From an uncultured delta proteobacterium (GTDB taxonomy: Bacteria > Desulfobacterota > Binatia > UBA9968): a DNA stretch of 64,000 nt. The stretch is from contig CAVUZH010000022.1 in assembly GCA_963745835.1 (NCBI GenBank), positions 192,001 through 256,000 of the forward strand, in the 5' to 3' direction. The position numbers and the translations under genes are program-made. Shown one piece after another: positions 60,625 through 64,000 of this stretch (positions are counted from its first letter, which is position 1; each line of letters begins with the position of its first letter). The notes beneath the pieces were generated by a model. It did not search any database and had not been told where the DNA came from. It saw nothing but the letters and a program-made list of their open reading frames with translations.

Positions 60625-63600
60625 ATGCCAACCACGACTAAAAAGGGCTCTAAGAGCACTAAGGAGAAACCGCGACGTGTTGTAGTAAAAGCCTCGCCGA
60701 ATAAACAAGCCCAGGCGGTCACCGAACTACGCCAGGAACTCGCCGAATCTTTGCAGCGGGAGAACGCCACCGCAAGCGAGAATGTACGGCTGGTCAAAGA
60801 ATTACAAGAACGCAGCCGTGACCTCACCGAAGCTCTGGAGCAGCAAACCGCAACCGGCGAGGTGCTACGGGTCATCGCTACCTCACCTACCGAGCTTCAA
60901 CCGGTCCTAGACACGCTGATCGCGAACGCGGTGAAGCTATCCGGCGCGACCAAGGGTCACATTCGACAGTACGAAGGGGACTCTCTCGTAGTGGTCGCGC
61001 ATTTTGGCGAGAGCGCCGAAGAGATTGAGCGATATCACAGCATGCCTGTTCCGGTAGTCCCCGGAGGACGGGCCGCCGCGCGATGGTGGAGAAGAAACCA
61101 GTCCATGTTCTTGACGTTCAAACCGAGGCAAATGTTTCTCAGGTGGCTCGTCAGACCGGGGAGCGGACCAGGTTAGTTGTGCCGCTGCTGCGCGAAGACG
61201 CGGCGATCGGAGTTATCACGATTTGGCGCGATCTTGTTGAGCCCTTTACCGAACGACAAATCGAGCTGGTAAAGACCTTTGCCGACCAGGCGGTGATCGC
61301 CATAGAGAATGTCCGTCTGTTTCAAGAACTTTCTGAATCGTTGGAGCGGCAAACAGCGACGAGTGAAATCCTCGGTGTGATCGCCAGCTCGCCGACGGAT
61401 ATTCAGCCTGTGCTAAATGCCGTGGCGGAAAATGCTGCCAAACTCTGTGATGCGACCGACGCAATTATTTGGCGTGTGAATGGGTCTGAACTCAGACGAG
61501 CGGCCAAACACGGCGCGTTCTCTTCAGGAGCAATTGGAGAAGCATGGCCGTTGAGTCGAGGTCGCGGCTGGGTTCCTGCGCGAGCCGTGCTCGATCGCGA
61601 GACCATTCATATCCATGATCTCCTTGCAGAGGTTGAGACTGAATTCCCCGAATCCAAGAGAACACAAGAAAGCACCGGTGCACGAACCGTACTTGTTACA
61701 CCCTTGCTTAGAGAAGGTGTATCGATAGGCGCTATTTTCATCCGCCGATCTGAAGTTCGTCCATTCTCGGAGAAGCAAGTCGCGCTTCTGAAAACCTTCG
61801 CCGATCAGGCCGTCATCGCAATCGAGAATGTACGCTTGTTCAAGGAGACTCGGGAGCGCAACGCGGAACTGCGAGAGGCTCTGGAGCATCAGACCGCAAC
61901 GGCCGAGGTGCTCGGCATCATCAGCCGCTCGCCTACAGACGTGCAGCCGGTGCTCGACGCGATCGTCGAGAGCGCAGCACGGGTTTGTGGGATCGATGAT
62001 GTGCTGCTGCGACTCAGCGAGGGCGACACTATGGTTTCGCGGGCTCATTTTGGTTCCATACCGATTAGCCGCGTCGAGATCAGTATAGATGAGCCACAGA
62101 ATCGCTGGATGCGAGAGCATGGTACGCTCCACATTCCCGACGCTCCACGCGCAGAACGATTTTCCAATGTTGGGTATCGTCGGCAGTTTCGCGCACCTTC
62201 TTGTCAGTTCCCCTTCGACAGCAGGGGGAACTCATTGGAATACTGAACGCGCGTCGTACGGAGGTGCGCCCGTTCACCCGGCACAGATCTAAACTCCTTG
62301 AGACCTTTGCTGATCAGGCCGTGATCGCGATCGAGAACGTGCGGCTATTCCAAGAACTCAAGGAAGCATTGGAACAGCAGACGGCGACGAGCGAAATCCT
62401 GGGCGTGATCGCTAGCTCGCCGACGATATTCAACTCGAAGCCCGCAATCGCGACCTCACCGAAGCCTTAGAGCAGCAGACCGCAACGAGCGAGGTATTGC
62501 GAGTGATTGCCGGTTCCCCGGCGGAACTACAGTCGGTGCTCGACGCCGTCACCGAGAGCGCAGTACGGCTCGCGAGCGCCACGCGAGGTCACATACGTCA
62601 ATACGATGGTGAGTTTCTTCGCCTGGTGGCTTCCTACGGGGAGTCACCCGAACAACTGGCTGTATTCCAGGCTCCCGTCCGCCCTCGTGCCGAGAGCAGG
62701 TCTGGTCGTGCGTTCCTCGAGCGAAGGCCGATCCATGATCTGGATGCCCAAGTTGAACGTCACCCGATGGCGGCTCAGACCGGGGCTCGAACGACCCTGG
62801 CGGTGCCGCTCTTGCGCGAAGATACCCCGATCGGAGTCTTTACGATTTGGCGCGACCTTGTTCAGCCGTTTACTGACCGGCAAATCGAACTGGTGAAGAC
62901 TTTCGCCGATCAAGCAGTCGTCGCCATCGAAAATGTGCGGCTGTTCCAAGAATTGCAGCAGCGCAATCGCGACCTCACCGAGGCTCTGGAGCAACAAACA
63001 GCAACGAGCGAAATTCTGGCCGTGATTGCTAGTTCGCCGACCGACATCCAGCCGGTGCTTGATACCGTGATTGCAAATGCGGTGACACTTGCAGGTGCGA
63101 AGCATGGTCACATCCGTCAGCTCGACGGCGAGTTCCTGCGTTTGGTCGCCCACTATAACGAGAGCCCGGAGTACATAGCCCACTTACAAGCCAATCCTGT
63201 GCGTGTTGCACAGAGTCTGGCAGGCCGTGCTTTTCTTGAGGGAAAACCAGTCCAGCACCTTGCGGGCACGGAGGAACCAGGTCCCAGCTAGCGCGTGGTC
63301 GGGGCTGGGAGATCGAACCCTGCTGGCCGTACCACTGCTGAAAAAGGGAACCCCCATCGGAAACATCCTGATTTGGCGCGATGTTGTTGAGCCATTCACT
63401 GAACGGCAGATCGAGTTGGTTAAGACCTTCGCCGACCAAGCGGTCATTGCGATCGAAAACGTGCGGCTGTTCCAAGAGCTCGAGGAGCGCAACGCCGAAT
63501 TGCGCGAAGCCCTGGAGCATCAGACGGCAACGGCCGAGGTGCTCGGCATCATCAGCCGCTCGCCTACGGACGTCCAGCCGGTCCTCGACGCTATCGTCGA

Positions 63601-64000
63601 GAGTGCCGCGCGGGTTTGTGGGATCGATGACGTGGTGCTGCGACTCCAGGAGCATAACAATTTGGTTTCGCGGGCCCATTTTGGTTCCATACCCCTACAC
63701 GCACCGCGTCGAAATCAGTATTGATGAGCCACATTATCGCTGGGTGCGCGAGCATGGCACGCTCCATGTTCCCGACGTTCGCGCGCGCAGAATGATTTTC
63801 CAACGTTCGGTGCCGTCGGAGGCTTCCGTACCTTCTTGGCCGCTCCCCTTCGTCAGCAGGGGCAACTCATTGGAACGCTGAACGCACGTCGCATCGAGGT
63901 GCGCCCCTTCACCCCGGCGCAGATCAAACTTCTCGAAACCTTCGCCGATCAGGCGGTCATCGCAATCGAGAACGTACGGCTGTTCCAAGAACTAAAGGAG
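60625..64000 (+). CDS. Tandem multi-GAF-domain sensor protein (frameshifted, incomplete at window end)
   Basis: At least six repeats of [26 protein letters not shown]...[30 protein letters not shown]. Confidence 0.88.

Noticed and set aside
1-64000. CRISPR array, rRNA or tRNA genes
   Set aside because: No regularly spaced repeat-spacer series, cas genes, or recognisable rRNA/tRNA found by eye

Overview
Bacterial chromosomal window. Gene content (orphan solute-binding proteins, Bug/TctC, amidohydrolase, F420 genes, multi-GAF protein) is suggestive of a soil Candidatus Binatia/Deltaproteobacteria-like organism; this is inference. Clustered single-base frameshifts suggest a long-read/metagenomic assembly. 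The left part (1-37.8 kb) holds an Rrf2-sufC-sufD-sufS-sufU-sufT-DUF59-globin operon lacking sufB, def, cofH, aspS, hisS, rlmD, assorted metabolic and transport genes, an ECF sigma/anti-sigma/DUF4139 module with a canonical sigmaE-type promoter, and five copies of a ~125 bp palindromic MITE-like repeat. The main feature (38.7-59.7 kb) is a head-to-tail array of 18 diverged paralogs of one periplasmic binding-protein family (ABC_sub_bind/PF04392-like), with no permease or ATPase in the window. The paralogs share a nucleotide-conserved 3' tail, have ~7-nt-periodic hairpin-like leaders and variable ligand loops, and show mosaic exchange. Two foreign inserts are bounded by copies of the tail: an opposite-strand VapBC module with a 12-bp direct repeat, and a 1.4 kb segment followed by an orphan 54-bp tail. 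This suggests a cassette-like, recombining receptor repertoire. A truncated globin and a tandem multi-GAF sensor follow, the latter running off the window end.
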